A program made the position numbers and the translations under genes. A stretch of 64,000 bases of DNA, from assembly GCF_018977255.1 (NCBI RefSeq), contig NW_024704742.1, positions 82,462,001-82,526,000 on the forward strand. The letters are read 5' to 3'. Numbering within the stretch: the first letter of the stretch is position 1; the number at the start of each line of letters is the position of its first letter. Positions 12,110-24,962 of the stretch are shown here, piece after piece. The DNA comes from Callorhinchus milii. Its lineage: Eukaryota. The notes beneath the pieces are model-generated. The model was not told the origin of the DNA and ran no database searches. It worked only from the letters and a program-made list of their open reading frames with translations.

Positions 12110-12470
12110 TGTGGGCTTAAGTCCCACTTCGGGACGATGAACTCATATATTTGAAGCTGACACTCGAATGCAATGGTGGGGGTGCGCTCGATTGTCGGAG
12201 GTGTTTCTTCAAATGAGATGTTAAAGTGAATTACTGTCAGCCTTTTCAGGTGAATGTTAATGATGCCATAGCGCTATTCCAATAAAGAAGGAATTTCTTC
12301 CAATAATCCTCCTAATAAAATTTGTCCTTTACATAAAGGATGTTTGTGGGATAATGTGTGTTAGCCTCCAAAATACAGTTATCACACTACACAGAAAAAT
12401 CCTGTGAAGCACCTTGAGTTGCCTCGACAACGTGATAAAGTGTTGTAGCAAATGCAAGGATTATTATTCT
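12110..12470 (+). mobile_element. Deu-domain SINE
   Basis: GCTGACACTCGAATGCA...ATTGTCGGAGGTG...ATGAGATGTTAAA...TTCAGGTG core, then tail ending AAATGCAAGGATTATTATT. Confidence 0.85.
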
Positions 12471-13869
12471 AATCTTATAATATTAGGTTTCACTTAATTA
12501 TTGCTGTGTGGATTATTCAACTATCCAGTTCAGGAAGATTCATGAGTAAATTTTAAATTAGGTAATTTCATTGTTTAAACCAAGCCGCTGCAAACTTCCA
12601 GTGCGCAGACATTTACATTTAATATTTGCAGTTCAGGTTTGATGGTCAATGCAAGTCAAGCAGTTTGCGTTTGGAATGTTCCTTGGCAACATGTTATTTC
12701 TGAGTACAAATGGACGTAATATTTAGAGCCACTGAATGTGCTTACAAGTGGGGCAAGTACAGCAACATAGACAGCAGGAGCACTGAGGAGACTTGGAATT
12801 TAGAAATTCTATGCAGAATGAATTGCAAGCAGCTTTTTACAGCCTTTTCGTTGCTATTTGCTCTCAGTCAGAGCTCAGTTACATCAAAACACAGCAGTAA
12901 TTCAGTTCAACGTCAAAGATGTGGGAGTAAAATGGTACAGAAAGCAGAGAGTGTGCAAATAAATTGATAGAGCACCTGAGGTGCCGTCTGGAGTTTGGAT
13001 CATTTTAAGCCTTGTTATTATATCCAACATTAGAGTCTTGGTTTTCTTATGCATATCTGAACACAATGTGTATGGGTTCGATCAGCTGAACTGAGAGTCG
13101 GTAGCACAGCTGTATTCTTTTAAAAACAAACTGGCCTTTATATTAGCCGAATTCGTTGCATGAACCTTCCAGTCAATAATTCAGTGTCTCTGACAGTGTG
13201 CTTTTTTTTAATGTGTGCATGGAACATGTGCTTGTATGAGAGATGGCAGTACTGGGAAATTGAACTTCAAGCACTCTGAGGTAAGGCATGAATAGCTTCC
13301 CATACATTATTCTGACAACATGTCTCAGCAGTAAACTCAGGCGAGTATCCCTGCCGCACCAGAGCAGTATTTCCAATTCCGACACTCGCTCGGCTCTTCA
13401 GGTGCAAAAATGATCAAGTCAGGCCTAACGCTCAGGGCAGTGCATTGATGTTGAATTGCCTTCACTCAAAAGGAGATTGAGAGTGGACCAAATCCAGGGA
13501 ATCTTGCAATATCAACGCAGAGGTGCAGCTTGCTTTGTGAGTTACTTGCCTGCCTCAAGGCATCGGCGTGAGTGAAGTGCATGAAACAAAGTTGCTTAAT
13601 TCAGCGAGTACGGTTATAACCACTTGAAGTGGTATTGTGCTGGTTTCCTCAATGGTGGTCGAATGCACCAGCCTAGCAGAGCTCTGAGCCTGCTTAAATA
13701 TCATGCACATACTTGACTGAATTTATTGGTGGGAATCTGCCAGTCCAGGGGGAGTCAGACTTAGACCGTTAAATGTGTGGAGTAGTTTCATCAAGTTCAT
13801 AGATATAACAGTGAAAGAGAGGAGAGAGCAGATTGTCAGACTCACAAGGGAAGAAATTGCATTAGAAGA

Positions 13870-14162
13870 GACATGGACTGAAATAACCTCCCTGTGTTAG
13901 GTAGACAGGGTAGTGCAGAGGGAACGCCAGGCAGTCAGACCAGATGGACATTTAATCGTCTATTCCAGACCTCACATTCAGATTACTGTACGCAGAGCGT
14001 AATCAATGACTGGAACAGGTTGCCAGGAAAGGTGGTAGAGATCAGGACGCTCGTCTCATTTAAAAAATAGTTTGAAGCATTATTGGGGGGACGGTAGGAT
14101 GGGTTTTCTGGGGGGATGAGAGATCCTTCTTCATCCAAACCAATCTTATGTGATCTTGTGAC
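13870..14162 (+). mobile_element. CR1 LINE 3' fragment
   Basis: ACCAGATGGACAT...CAGAGCGTAATCAATGACTGGAACAGGTTGCCAGG (CR1 RV.N.WN.LP motif) followed by a 3' UTR. Confidence 0.75.
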
Positions 14163-17067
14163 GAGTCCTCACTGTGACTAGTCCCCATAAGTGCAAATTA
14201 TTGTTGTTGTTTTTGTTGTTGTAGTCTTGTGAACAGGCCCCTCCCACAACTCATGTTTGGTCCAAGATCCAATTTATTCATGCTGCCGTTTTGGATAGTA
14301 TTTAAAGCATATAATCTTACATCTCCCATACCAAAGCCTAACTCTTAACTCTGTTTCATGGAATACCAGTTGAGTTAAGTTGGCATTCAATTGTTAGTCC
14401 CCTCAAATATTAATTTTCATGATTGAGAGCAACACAGGAATGGAGAAATGAAACCAAGCCATGAAGTCAAAACTGAGTGAAATACTCACAAAATGCACAG
14501 TCACTCCACTTCACAGTAAAATCCTGTGAAGCACTTTGAGACATGCTTCCAACATGAAATATGCTATAATAGATACAAGGATTATTTTTTCCTTCAACTT
14601 CTAACCTCTGGACTCCCTTCATCGATCACACTGTCTCACCTCTTTCTTTCTGTTTTTTAATTCATGCCTCAAATGATATCTTTTGATACTTAAATGATTG
14701 CACCTACGGCCATTCCTCTCTTTACTCTCCCTTGCACAGCATCCAACCCTATTCTTTTAAAACTTTCCAAGACTTTACCCTTTGTGAAGGGAGTTATTTT
14801 TATGCAAATAGTTGCTGTATGCTAATATCAACATTTTATGTATAAAGGGCTGCAATGTTATAACGACTGACTCCACTGTCGATCTCACACAAACCCTGCC
14901 ATCCTCTTTAACTTCCCTCCTTCCTTGCTTAGATACCCAGTCATTCCTCCGATGTGAAAGTTATTATTTAAATCTAAACTGGCGTTGGGACCTGCAGAAA
15001 GCCGGCTTCAAAGATAAAATTGAATTCAATAGTTTGCCAAATTCTGCACTCTGTAAAATGCTATGTTCATAGAGTAATTTGTGGTCTGGGTGGAAATTTT
15101 CTCCACAGGATCAAAACACAGAGTACTGGATTGTGACTGAGAATAAGAGAAGGCTTTAGTTTGCTCAGAGTCATTCTAAAATCCTTGCTGCCATTTCTGA
15201 ACCCTTTGTTCTGTGTAGGAGCTCTTGCTGCGAAGCCAAGGAAATCGACGCAAGAACTGAAAATAAATTTTAAAGTCTCATAAAAATAGCTTTTTAAAAA
15301 AATGTCCTTTCGGGAGCAATAGTCGGAAAGCTGTGAGTTTATTTTGGTACACTGGGGTCCATTGCTTTTCCTCGTGTCAAAACATTCCCTCGCATGTAAA
15401 ATCATACACGATAAATCATACATTTTTACCTTACTGGTTGTTGTTACTTTATCAGCAACATTAACTGTTTAACCACCTGTCTTTTCCAAGAAAATCTTGC
15501 TGATATAAAACTAATTTAACTATAACTATCGTATATCTTCTTTTACTGCGTCTCCAGTCATCTTTCGCCTCCCCAGTGCCCTTGGCAACCACCTCCAGGT
15601 TGAGTGCTCATCCAGCACTTCAAAGGGCTTTGAGACATCTTCCTAACATGAAAAGCAATGTATAAATGTTAACTTGTAATCTACGTTCTATGTGAGAACA
15701 TATGATCCTTAAAGTGTTGTCTAGAACATAATGCCCTCATCAGCGATCACTGTTGCGGACAGGGGAATGACTGTCTCACTGGAAAACGAGGCCCAATATC
15801 CCAGTGATACCATAGTGCTAAATGGATAATATTAAGAGATAATTATCCTTGCATTTGATATAATGTTTTAAAATGTCATCCAGATCCTTCAAAGCGCTTC
15901 ATATGTGTGTCACCCTGGCTCAGCTGGTAGCATTCTTATCTTTGTACTCAAAACAGGTTGACCCTCTCTCTAGACTTTCCATAACAGTGATTGCCATGAT
16001 TCTGTGAGTCAATTAAAATTGCCCACTTAAGCCAATCTTTCGATTAGTCATGAAACCAAGGTTCCATCTGACATTTCAAGTGAACAGTTAAAAGATTTTG
16101 ATATGAGAAGGTAGTTTTTCCCAGTTTCCTGGCCAACAATCCATGCAAAAAGTTGGTTATTGACTTCATGGATGTTTGTGGGACTTTGCTATATGCAAAT
16201 TGTCTGCTACATTTGCCTACATAAACACATTGACTGCACTTTATTGAAAACACTGTGAAGCATTTTAAAGATAATTCAAAGTGATAAGGTACTATCTCAG
16301 AACCAAAGATCTTTTTTTCATGAGTCTAAAGATCAAATTCTACCACATTAAATTGTCTCATTTTTTTGCCTGAAGAAGTAGAAAAATGTTTCAATATTTC
16401 ATTATGTATTGTGGCTGGCACTGGGTGGTGCTGTAATAAATCTTTAAACTGTGCCACCTTGCTGTAACACCAAACTCCAGCTGCTGGTGGCACTGCTCAG
16501 AAGCTCTTGTAAGGAAGCAGGCGTGAGGGAAAAAAACACTCAGGCCGTTAGGTCTGCTGTCTTAATTGAGCATTGGAAAACCTACCTGTTGTGGACTTCA
16601 CTTTATCAGCTCTATCATCAATGGGGAGCTCTGCATGGACACCTGGGCATCAATCAAAAAGAAACTCCTTACTATTATAGCAACCAACTTCCCCATTCAC
16701 AAGTTTGGTTGCACATCCAATCTCATCCTTTCTGAGCACCCACCCTACAGCCCCCATCATATAATCAAGCTGCTTTTTAAATGAGTCCAGTGTCATGATC
16801 TCAATGAACTTGCTTAGCAACCTGTTCCAGTCATTAATTACTTTCTAATTAAAATACATCTTCCTGGTCTGTCCTGAAATTGCCCTTTACAACTCTCAAC
16901 CTTCTTGTTGCATCAATTTAAATTCAACCCTTCACTCATTTTTCTGTACAGAAGAGCCCTTGCTTGGGGACATCTTCCATTTTAGGCATACATTGCAAGG
17001 TTCTGGTCATACCACACATTTAAGATATGCGGATTGCTTTACTGTTATACAGCACTCACACATTGCT

Positions 17068-17398
17068 GTGTGAGTCCTGTAGCCCAATGGTTAGCTCACT
17101 CACCTCATAAGTGAGAGTCCTGGGTTTGATTCCCAGCAGAGCAAAACCTTGGGCAAGTTTCCTTGCTCCACATGCCTGATAATAATCCCTTAAAAAGCAA
17201 ATAATAAAATTGGTCACTTCAATCTACGACTGTTTATGGGACACTGCTGTGCGCGATTGGCTGCCACGTTGGCTGCTGCGTTTCGCCCATAAAATCTATA
17301 CAATCAATTCACTTTACAGTATATTGGGTGAAGCACTTTGCGACGTCTCAAAGAAGTGATAATGCGCTATATCAAAATGCACGGATTATTATTATTAT
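17068..17398 (+). mobile_element. tRNA(Ala)-headed SINE, short form, full length
   Basis: Head, CCTTGGGCAAGTTTCCTT core and tail; small internal TTGGCTGC duplication. Confidence 0.92.
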
Positions 17399-17659
17399 AA
17401 AAGTTTGCATTGGGATCTATGCAACCATTGCAATGTGCAGTTGAAATTATAAAGTTGAATTGAAGGGAACAGTTCCCCCTATCATTCGTTCAGATACAAC
17501 CATGAGTCAACTGCATTCAACACTCCAATAACAACAAACAGGTTTGCTTTTTCTTCCTTTTCCTTCTTCAGAAAGTATTCCCATAATTGCCAGTGGTAAA
17601 ATGCACACCTCTAACATACTTTGAACCGCTTAGTGTTATCCAGGTAGGAATTTGTGCTT

Positions 17660-17945
17660 AAACCTACCAAGGTAGGTCTGCTTGTTCAGGTGGACATTAA
17701 AGATCCTATACCACTATTCAAAAAGAGAACGAAATTTCTCCTGGTGTCCTGAGCAACAATCCCCCACATAAAATTGATGATTAACTTCATGACTGTTTGC
17801 GAGATATTGCTGGACATAAATTGGCTGCCACATTCAACCACAAAATACACAGTCACTCTCCACTTTTCTTTAAAATCCTGTGAAATGCTTTGAAACGTCT
17901 CGACTATGTGATAAGGGGGTTATGTCAAATGCAAGGGTTAATATT
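17660..17945 (+). mobile_element. Deu-domain SINE, 3' two-thirds
   Basis: GTCTGCTTGTTCAGGTGGACATTAAAGATCC...GGTGTCCTG...tail. Confidence 0.85.
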
Positions 17946-19114
17946 TATTTAGTGGATTACCTACAACACCTGTCCTTTTAGGCAAGTGATAGAATAACTT
18001 TCAGGGCTTTCAAGGGCTGCTTTGAATGATGGCTGAATCGAAATGTGCCTGCTGAGTGTGCAACAAATGCAAATCAAATCAACAGCTGGCATAAGGGTTC
18101 TGATCTGATCATGTGGAGTTCTCCGACAGTCTAATTGTTCTGATTTATGGTTATCATTCTTACTTGATGTGTGAGCGTGCAAGCAAGCAGTTCCAATTAA
18201 TGGATTTTCAATTAAAGTGACTTTGAAAGCCCCGTTGATTTAAATGGCAGCGTAACACGCAATTCTGTCACTGGTAATTTGGGGATGAAAGTGGGAAGCT
18301 CCCCTTCTCCATCAGTCAGTCAGTCAGTCAAATCTCACATGGAGCAGCTGAAGTGCTCTGAAGTTAGCTACCTGGGGCCATTCCGTTTTTCCTCTTTCGG
18401 AACCTTTTTGTTGTTAGGAAGGTAAATATTTAAATGATGACTGTCAGTTTTTTGACATGATCGAATCAACGTTTCTCGCTGCTCTTTCAGATATGGATTG
18501 ATGTGGTGCAGGAGCTACTCGACCTTCCATTGTGCCAACTTTGTCAAATGGCTCCTCAAAATCAACCTATCGAGTGCCCTCAGATGGGATGAGTAATGTT
18601 ATAGCAGAGTTTTACCAGTTACGTGGCACTCAGCTCAAGGAAAATTGATGGCTCTTTTTTCACCTCCAAGCTGAAGCCTTTGCTATTTTTATTTTATTGA
18701 TACTGTAGGACTAGGTTCACTGTTCATCTAAACTTTCCTCTCATCCCTCTAAAGCCTCTTTATTCCACTTTATATATAATCACTTGTGTTCAAATCAGAG
18801 AAGAGTGCAACATCTAACATATTCTAATTCATTATTTTGCAGTATCTCAAAGTTCAACTTTCTTACTTCCCCCGGTAGTTTCTTCCTCCTACAATCCTAC
18901 AGATTGGAATCACCTAATTGCTGTTTTATATTTTATATCTTCTGCTCTGCTACTCTGTTTTCTCTTGTCTCAAAAAAAATAATCTTGGCATTTCATATGG
19001 CATCTTTCATGTCGGAGGGAATGACTTAAAGTGTTTCACAGGATGTGGCTACTGTGTATTTTGTAGGCAACTGATGTGTAACAACAACAGCTCACACACA
19101 AAAAAAATATTTTT

Positions 19115-19429
19115 GTGGAGTCCTGTAGCTCAGTGGTTAGAGCGCTTGCCTCACAAGCAAGAGACCTGGGTTCGATTCCTGGCAGGGCGAAACCTTGGGC
19201 AAGTTTCCTCACTCCACATGCCTGATAATAATCCTTCAAGGAAAAAAAACAATAATAATTTGGTCACTCAATCCACGACTGTTTGTGGGTCACTGCTGTG
19301 CACAATTGGCTGCCGGGTTTCACCCACAAATACACAGTCAATTCACTTTACAATATATTCTGTGAAGCGCTTTAAGACATCTAGAAGACGTGAAATGCGC
19401 TATATCAAATGCAAGGATTATTATTATTA
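19115..19429 (+). mobile_element. tRNA(Ala)-headed SINE, short form, full length
   Basis: GTGGAGTCCTGTAGCTCAGTGG...GGTTCGATTCC (A and B boxes) through to (ATT)n. Confidence 0.95.
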
Positions 19430-19489
19430 CTTGCTGTCACTGCATTTACAGAATGGATAAAATCACATTTGACACAGGAAAGGTCATGA

Positions 19490-19652
19490 GAACTGGATGG
19501 GGCTGTGGATTAGCAAATTGCACTATTAGCTCTGGACCTGGGTTCAAATTCTGTGCAGAGTGATGAGGTGAAAACCTTTAACTCCTGGTTACAATGGGGC
19601 TGGGTGTAATAGGTTAGAGCAGTCTTCACCCATTTCCTTGTGAGTGCAGACA
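19490..19652 (+). mobile_element. LF-SINE-like 5' fragment
   Basis: CTCTGGACCTGGGTTCAAATTC...GATGAGGTGAAA...GCAGTCTTCACCCATTTCCTTGTG resembles my recollection of the LF-SINE 5' half; diverged. Confidence 0.5.
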
Positions 19653-20516
19653 CTCGGGCCTGATATTCTTATGCTCATGAAAAATGGGAGAAGAGCAGTG
19701 AACAAAATAACATCTTGGAGCATCCTATCGTTCCGAGGTGCTATTTGCGAGAAGTGGTAATTACTATTCCGTTAGTGCTAATGAATCAGCCAATGTTGCT
19801 AACCTGCAATAATGAGCGTTTTACAGTTCCAAGGTGGCGAACGAGACACTTGAGCCCTATAAAATCCAGAGAATCTACAAATCCAGCTGTAGAGTATGGC
19901 ATTTCTGCAGTTGAATGGCATTGTTGTCAATGACATCTTGTATCCCTGGGTGAGTGACAGTGAGCAACGCCTTCTAAGTTCTGAGCCTGCAGTGACAGTG
20001 TTAACAGAGACATCTGGCACTGCCGCAGGTACATAAGGATTTAGTTACAGATGCAGTTAGTGTCCTACTGTGCCGCCCCTTAATGGCCCTAGTTGGCGGT
20101 GCAGCCATCCACTATTGCTGCTCCCTCACTAGGGAGGGGAACAACTGCACAGCCAGCCAAGGAGATGTTCACAAGACACACAAAAATAAGCATGAAAGCT
20201 GAGCACGCTGGCCACTATCATTGCACAATTCAATAGTTGGCGTTTTAATTTTGATATATGTTGCAAGCATCAAATAAAGGGTCAGACATACAAAACAGCG
20301 AACAAAGAGAAGATATATGTGGGAGCAAAAACATGGAAATATCTAATAGCACATGTGTGACTAGATATGACCATATGTTAATATCAGTGCCGTAACTATG
20401 TTGATCCTTTTAAATTGTTCCCTTTATTAAAGTACTGTTGGAGATAAGTATAGAACTCCCTGTTGGATCTGCTTTACAAAGCATGGAACCCTGCAAGATC
20501 ACAGTTGTAATGATCT

Positions 20517-20846
20517 TAATAATAATAATAATAATCCTTGCATTTGATATAGCGCTTTTCACGTCAGGAGGACGTCCCAAAGCGCTTCACAGAACACACT
20601 GTAAAGTGAATTGACTGTATATTTGTGGGCGAACGCGGCAGCCAATTGCGCACAGCAATGTCCCACAAACAGTCGTAGATTGAAAATGACCAATTTATTA
20701 TTGTTTTTTTTTTTTTTTTGGAGGGATTATTATTAGGCTCTGTGTGGAGTAAGGAAACTTGCCCAAGGTTTCGCCCTGCCTGGAATTGAACTCAGGTCTC
20801 TCACTTGCAAAGCGAGTGCTCTAACCACTGAGCTACAGGACTCCAC
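20517..20846 (-). mobile_element. tRNA(Ala)-headed SINE, short form, full length, young
   Basis: Near-consensus copy with TGC anticodon loop, ACACAGAGCCT marker and CTCCT loop. Confidence 0.95.
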
Positions 20847-21514
20847 AGACTAGATTATGTGCCTTTTCTGGCCCCTTCCTTTCATTAAAGATTTTAACCT
20901 GGTAGATGACTGTAAACACAGCTTTCTCTCCCCTCCAAGGATACAGAAGTACTCAGTGTCTGCAAGAGCAGACACTTTCACAACAAAACAAGTCTTTACT
21001 CTGACAGCTTCTCTCCCACACTAAAATTCAGGAGGGCATCATGAGATATCACTATTATTGATAAGGATCTGCAGCGAGTCAATGAAAACATGGATGAGAC
21101 AAAGTTATCTTATTCATTAAAGCCGCACCACCTCTGCTTAACTCTTATCACACAATTCTTCGCTGACACAAAGTCTGCGAATCCTCACCTGTTTACTCAC
21201 ACTTAAGTTGGTGAATTAAAAGCACTCTATTGCTGGAGTAAAACACTCCTCGACCCTACCCTGCGTGAAGGGCTGTATATAAAAACAAGCTGTTGTTGTT
21301 GAGTAAAAGTTGTGTGATTGTTGGCAGAAGTGTCCATCAATAGAAACAACATTTTGTCCAGGGGCTTACTCTCTAGTACTCTCTGGTCCGAGGCAAAGAC
21401 TTGTGATGTTCAAAGGGTTACCTATTTCCTTTGCTGGAATTCGGAAGTATCCACAGTAGGTTAAGCCAGTGCAGTACTTTTAAGATATCATTGTTACTAA
21501 CATTAGTGACAATA

Positions 21515-21837
21515 GCAGAGACCTGCAGCTTAGTGGTTAGAGCACTCGCCTCGCAAATGAAAGGATCTGGGTTCGATTCCCGGCAAGGCGAAACACTGGG
21601 CAAGTTTCCTTACTCCACACGCCTAATAATAATAATCCCTCAAAAAAAACCAATAATAAATTGGTCATTTTCAATCGATGACTGTTTGTGGGACACTGCT
21701 ATGCGCAATTGGCTGCCACGTTCGCCCACAAATATACAGTCAATTCACTTTACAGTATATTCTGTGAAGCGCTTTGGGACATCTGGAAGACGTGAAAGGC
21801 GCTATATCAAATGCGAGGATTATTATTATTATTATTA
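21515..21837 (+). mobile_element. tRNA(Ala)-headed SINE, short form, full length
   Basis: Head with CGC anticodon loop and GGTTCGATTCC B box, core and tail. Confidence 0.94.
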
Positions 21838-22139
21838 CACAGTGACAGCCTCTGATTTTCTGCAAATTGTTGCTAACCTGGATATCTCAGTCAGTGAGGC
21901 AGCAACACACCTGAGTGACTTGAGAATTGGCTGCTATTCTAGCAGTGGTCGGTGGTCTGCTGAGATATGAGTTTTGGCAGATTCCAGGTGTGGAGCAGAG
22001 CAAGCTTCGCTCTGCATGAAGTCCATGCTTTACCTGAAGTGGGAGTGTTGCATCTTGGCACAAGGGACTGGGCTTTGAATTCTAGAGCTCGGCTCAAAGA
22101 AGCAAACGGGGGTAAATCTGTGAGGAACTGCTGACAAAC

Positions 22140-22350
22140 AGTAACAATGACAACTTCCATTGATATAGTGCTCTCCATGCCAGGTGGCGTCTCAGAGCGC
22201 TTAACAATGGCGGAACCCGAGACCGAGCCAGGGATAGGGGAAATGTGACCGTCGACGCAGTTGAAGAGGCGCAGTCAGGCAATGCCAAGCCAATAGTAGG
22301 GGGAAGGCCAGTATTAAAGAGATGAGGAGGAGCGGAGAAACTCAGCAGCG
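22140..22350 (-). mobile_element. L2 LINE (family B) 3' end
   Basis: Minus strand AAGCGCTCTGAGACGCCACCTGGCATGGAGAGCACTATA matches the tails at 22689 and 35403. Confidence 0.7.
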
Positions 22351-22661
22351 AAATAATATCAATGTTGCTGCAGGAAGTGGAGAGATGGAAATTCTAACCT
22401 AGAATCAATAATCTAAGTGTTTCTGATGTAGAGTCCTGTAGCGTTTCTCCCAGTCAGTATCATGCCAACAAACATCTGGAAGCCTGCAGCTTAGTGGTTA
22501 GAGCACTCACCTCGCAAGCGAGAGGACCCGAGTTCAATTCACTGGCATGCCGAAACCTTAGGCAACAACAACAACAACAATTTGCATTTATACAGCACCC
22601 TACTCACCTGCAGTGTCTTGGAGACCAATGCCGATCCAAGGGGAGGGGTAAGGTGATCATA

Positions 22662-23668
22662 ACAACAACAACAACGTGGAATTATATAGTGCTCTCCACG
22701 CCGGACGGCGTCTCAGAGCACTTTACAATAATGGATCCCGGGGCCAAGCCAGGGGGAGGGGGAGGGGGAGGAAGGTGACCAAAGGCATGGTCAAAAAGAA
22801 AGGTCTTTAGCCGAGACCTGAAAGTAGGAAGAGAGGGGCGAGGCAAAGGGAGTGAGGAAGGACATTCCAGAGCCTCGGGGCATAGTGGCTGAAGGCACAA
22901 CTGCCGATGGTGGAGTGGAGGATTCGGGGGACAAGGAGGAGGCCAGAACCGGTGGAGCGAAGGCAACAGGCACTGTTGTGAGGAGAGGGGAGAGATTTTG
23001 GTGCAGGTGAGAATGCAGGCGACAGAAGTTTGGATGACCTGGATTTTATGGATGGTAGTGGAGGGGAGATCGGCGAGGAGGGCATTTGAATAGTCCAACC
23101 GAGAGGTGACAAAGGCATGAATCAGGGTTTTGGCGGCTTTTGGGGTGAGATATTGGTAGAGACGGACAATAGGTCGGAGGTGAAAGAAAGCGGTGCTGGT
23201 GAGGGACCAGATGTGGAGGAGGAAGGATAATTGGGTTTGAACCTGACGCCTAGGTTGCGTATGGCTTCTGTCTTGTCAACATTTAACTGAAGGAAATTCG
23301 CGCTCATCCAGCTCCTGATGTCTGACAGGCAGGCTGACAAAACATCAGGGGACTGGGGGTCGCAAAGTAAGGTGTAAAAATAGAGTTGGGTGTTGTCCAC
23401 ATACATGTGGAAGTGTACCCCATGTCTGCGGATGACATCCCCAAGAGGGAGCATATAAATTAGGAAGAGGATGAGACCAAGGATGGATCATTGGTGTAGC
23501 CCGCAGGTAACCTGGTGAGAGCGGGAGGAAAACCCGTTTGTGCAGATGTACTGCTGGCGGTTTGTGAGGTAGGATTCGAACCAGGCGAGTGCGGTCCCAA
23601 TGAGGTGGATGACGGAGGAAAGGCGGTGGAGGAGGATGGTGTGATCGACTGTGTCGAAAGTGGCGGAC
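22662..23668 (-). mobile_element. L2 LINE (family B), 5'-truncated, inserted in another L2 3' fragment
   Basis: ORFs 23122..23454 (FHMYVDNTQLY, ANFLQLNVDKTE) and 22682..23098; (TTG)n tail; CATA at both junctions (22658-22661 and 23669-23672). Confidence 0.95.
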
Positions 23669-23730
23669 CATAGGCATGGTCGAAGAGGAAGGTCTTCAGG
23701 TGCAACCTGAAAATGGGGAAAGAGGGGGCA

Positions 23731-24040
23731 GTGGAGTCCTGTAGCTCAGTGGTCAGAGTGCTCGCCTTGCAAGCGAGACATCTGGGTTCAATTCCAGGCA
23801 GGGCAAAACCTTGGGCAAGTTTCCTTACTCCTTACTCCAAAAAACTAAAACAATAATAAATTGGTCATTTTCAATCCACTACTGTTTGTGGGACACTGCT
23901 ATGTGCAATTGGCTGCCGCGTTTCGCCCACAAATATACAGTCAACTCACTTTACAGCATATTTTATGAAGCGCTTTGAGACATCTAGAAGATGTTAAAAG
24001 TGCTATATCAAAATGCAAGGATTATTATTATTATAATAAT
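23731..24040 (+). mobile_element. tRNA(Ala)-headed SINE, short form, inserted in an L2 fragment
   Basis: Full head-core-tail copy with contiguous L2 3' sequence on both sides. Confidence 0.94.
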
Positions 24041-24554
24041 TAAGGCGAAGGGATTGAAGGAGGGAGGCAAGTTCCCTTACTCCACAATCTTCTGTTTACC
24101 TAGCAGCAAGTAGGAACCCGGTTGTTATTCGATTGATGGAGTGCTTTCCTAGGGTAATAATCGCTTCAAATAAAAAATAATAATAATTTCATCACTCAAT
24201 CTACGACTGTTTGTGGGACACTGCTGTGCACAATTGATTACTGTGTTTTCGCCAATAAAATATATGCAGTCAATTCACTTTACAGTATATTCCGTGAAGC
24301 ACTTTGCGACATCTTAATTATGTGTTAAGGTGCTATATGAAATGCAAGAATTGTTATAATTTTAAAGATGCCTTCATTCGCCATGACTTAATCACACCCT
24401 ACCCACCACACACCCTGTCCATGTTTAAATGTTTTTCTCCTAATTGCAAAGTAAATGCCAGACACAATGAGTGCAATTTACTTGCAGCACAAACCTTCAT
24501 TCATAATGTTGCAGTTGTCCAAGAACTTTGCTTTCATTCTACCAACATATAGAT

Positions 24555-24962
24555 GTCAGCCTGGCTCAGTTGGTGGCACTCTGCCCTTTGAATCAGAAGG
24601 CTCTGGGCTCAAGCCACACATCGGGATATTGAACAGTCTCAGCTGGCACTTCATTGCAGAACATGGGTGTACTGCATTGCCAGAGATGCCGTCCTTTGGA
24701 TAAAATGTTAAAATGTCTGCCTGTTCAGACGGACATGCTGTGGGATCTGTAAATATTCAAAAAAGAAAGGAGTGCCCTGGCCAACAATCTCCCAAATAAT
24801 ATTGGTGATTCACTTCATGGCTGTTTTGGGGACGTTGCTGTGTGCACATTGACTGCCTTTTGGCCTACAAACAATGTGAATAACCCTTACATTAAATCCT
24901 GTGAAACACTTTGAAATGTCCTCACGACCTGAAAGCTGCTTTATCAAAGCAAGAATTATATA
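24555..24962 (+). mobile_element. Deu-domain SINE, near full length
   Basis: Different tRNA-like head (CTGGCTCAGTTGGT...GAATCAGAAGG), Deu core (GATGCCGTCCTTTGGATAAAATGTTAAA...CCTGGCCAAC) and shared tail. Confidence 0.88.

Larger units (their letters stand above)
22477..24360 (+). mobile_element. Long-form SINE split into 22477-22565 and 24065-24360 by nested insertions
   Basis: Head stops at CCTTAGGCAA and the core resumes at AGGCAAGTTCCCTTACTCCAC; AGGCAA is duplicated (22560-22565 and 24065-24070). Confidence 0.88.

Noticed and set aside
16566..16735. LHGHLGINQ, resembling a Gypsy integrase zinc-binding segment
   Set aside because: No following CxxC or DDE motifs and no LTRs; too short to support.
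19655..20392. Possible degenerate TIRs (GGGCCTGATATT and AATATCAGTGCC) of a MITE
   Set aside because: Short imperfect match, no clear TSD and no second copy in the window.
21431..21970. Recurrent peptide family (GKFPYSTRLIII...KCKDYYYY) in ORFs at 18918, 21431, 37350, 45705 and 51575
   Set aside because: Chance open frames through copies of the same non-coding SINE, not a gene family.
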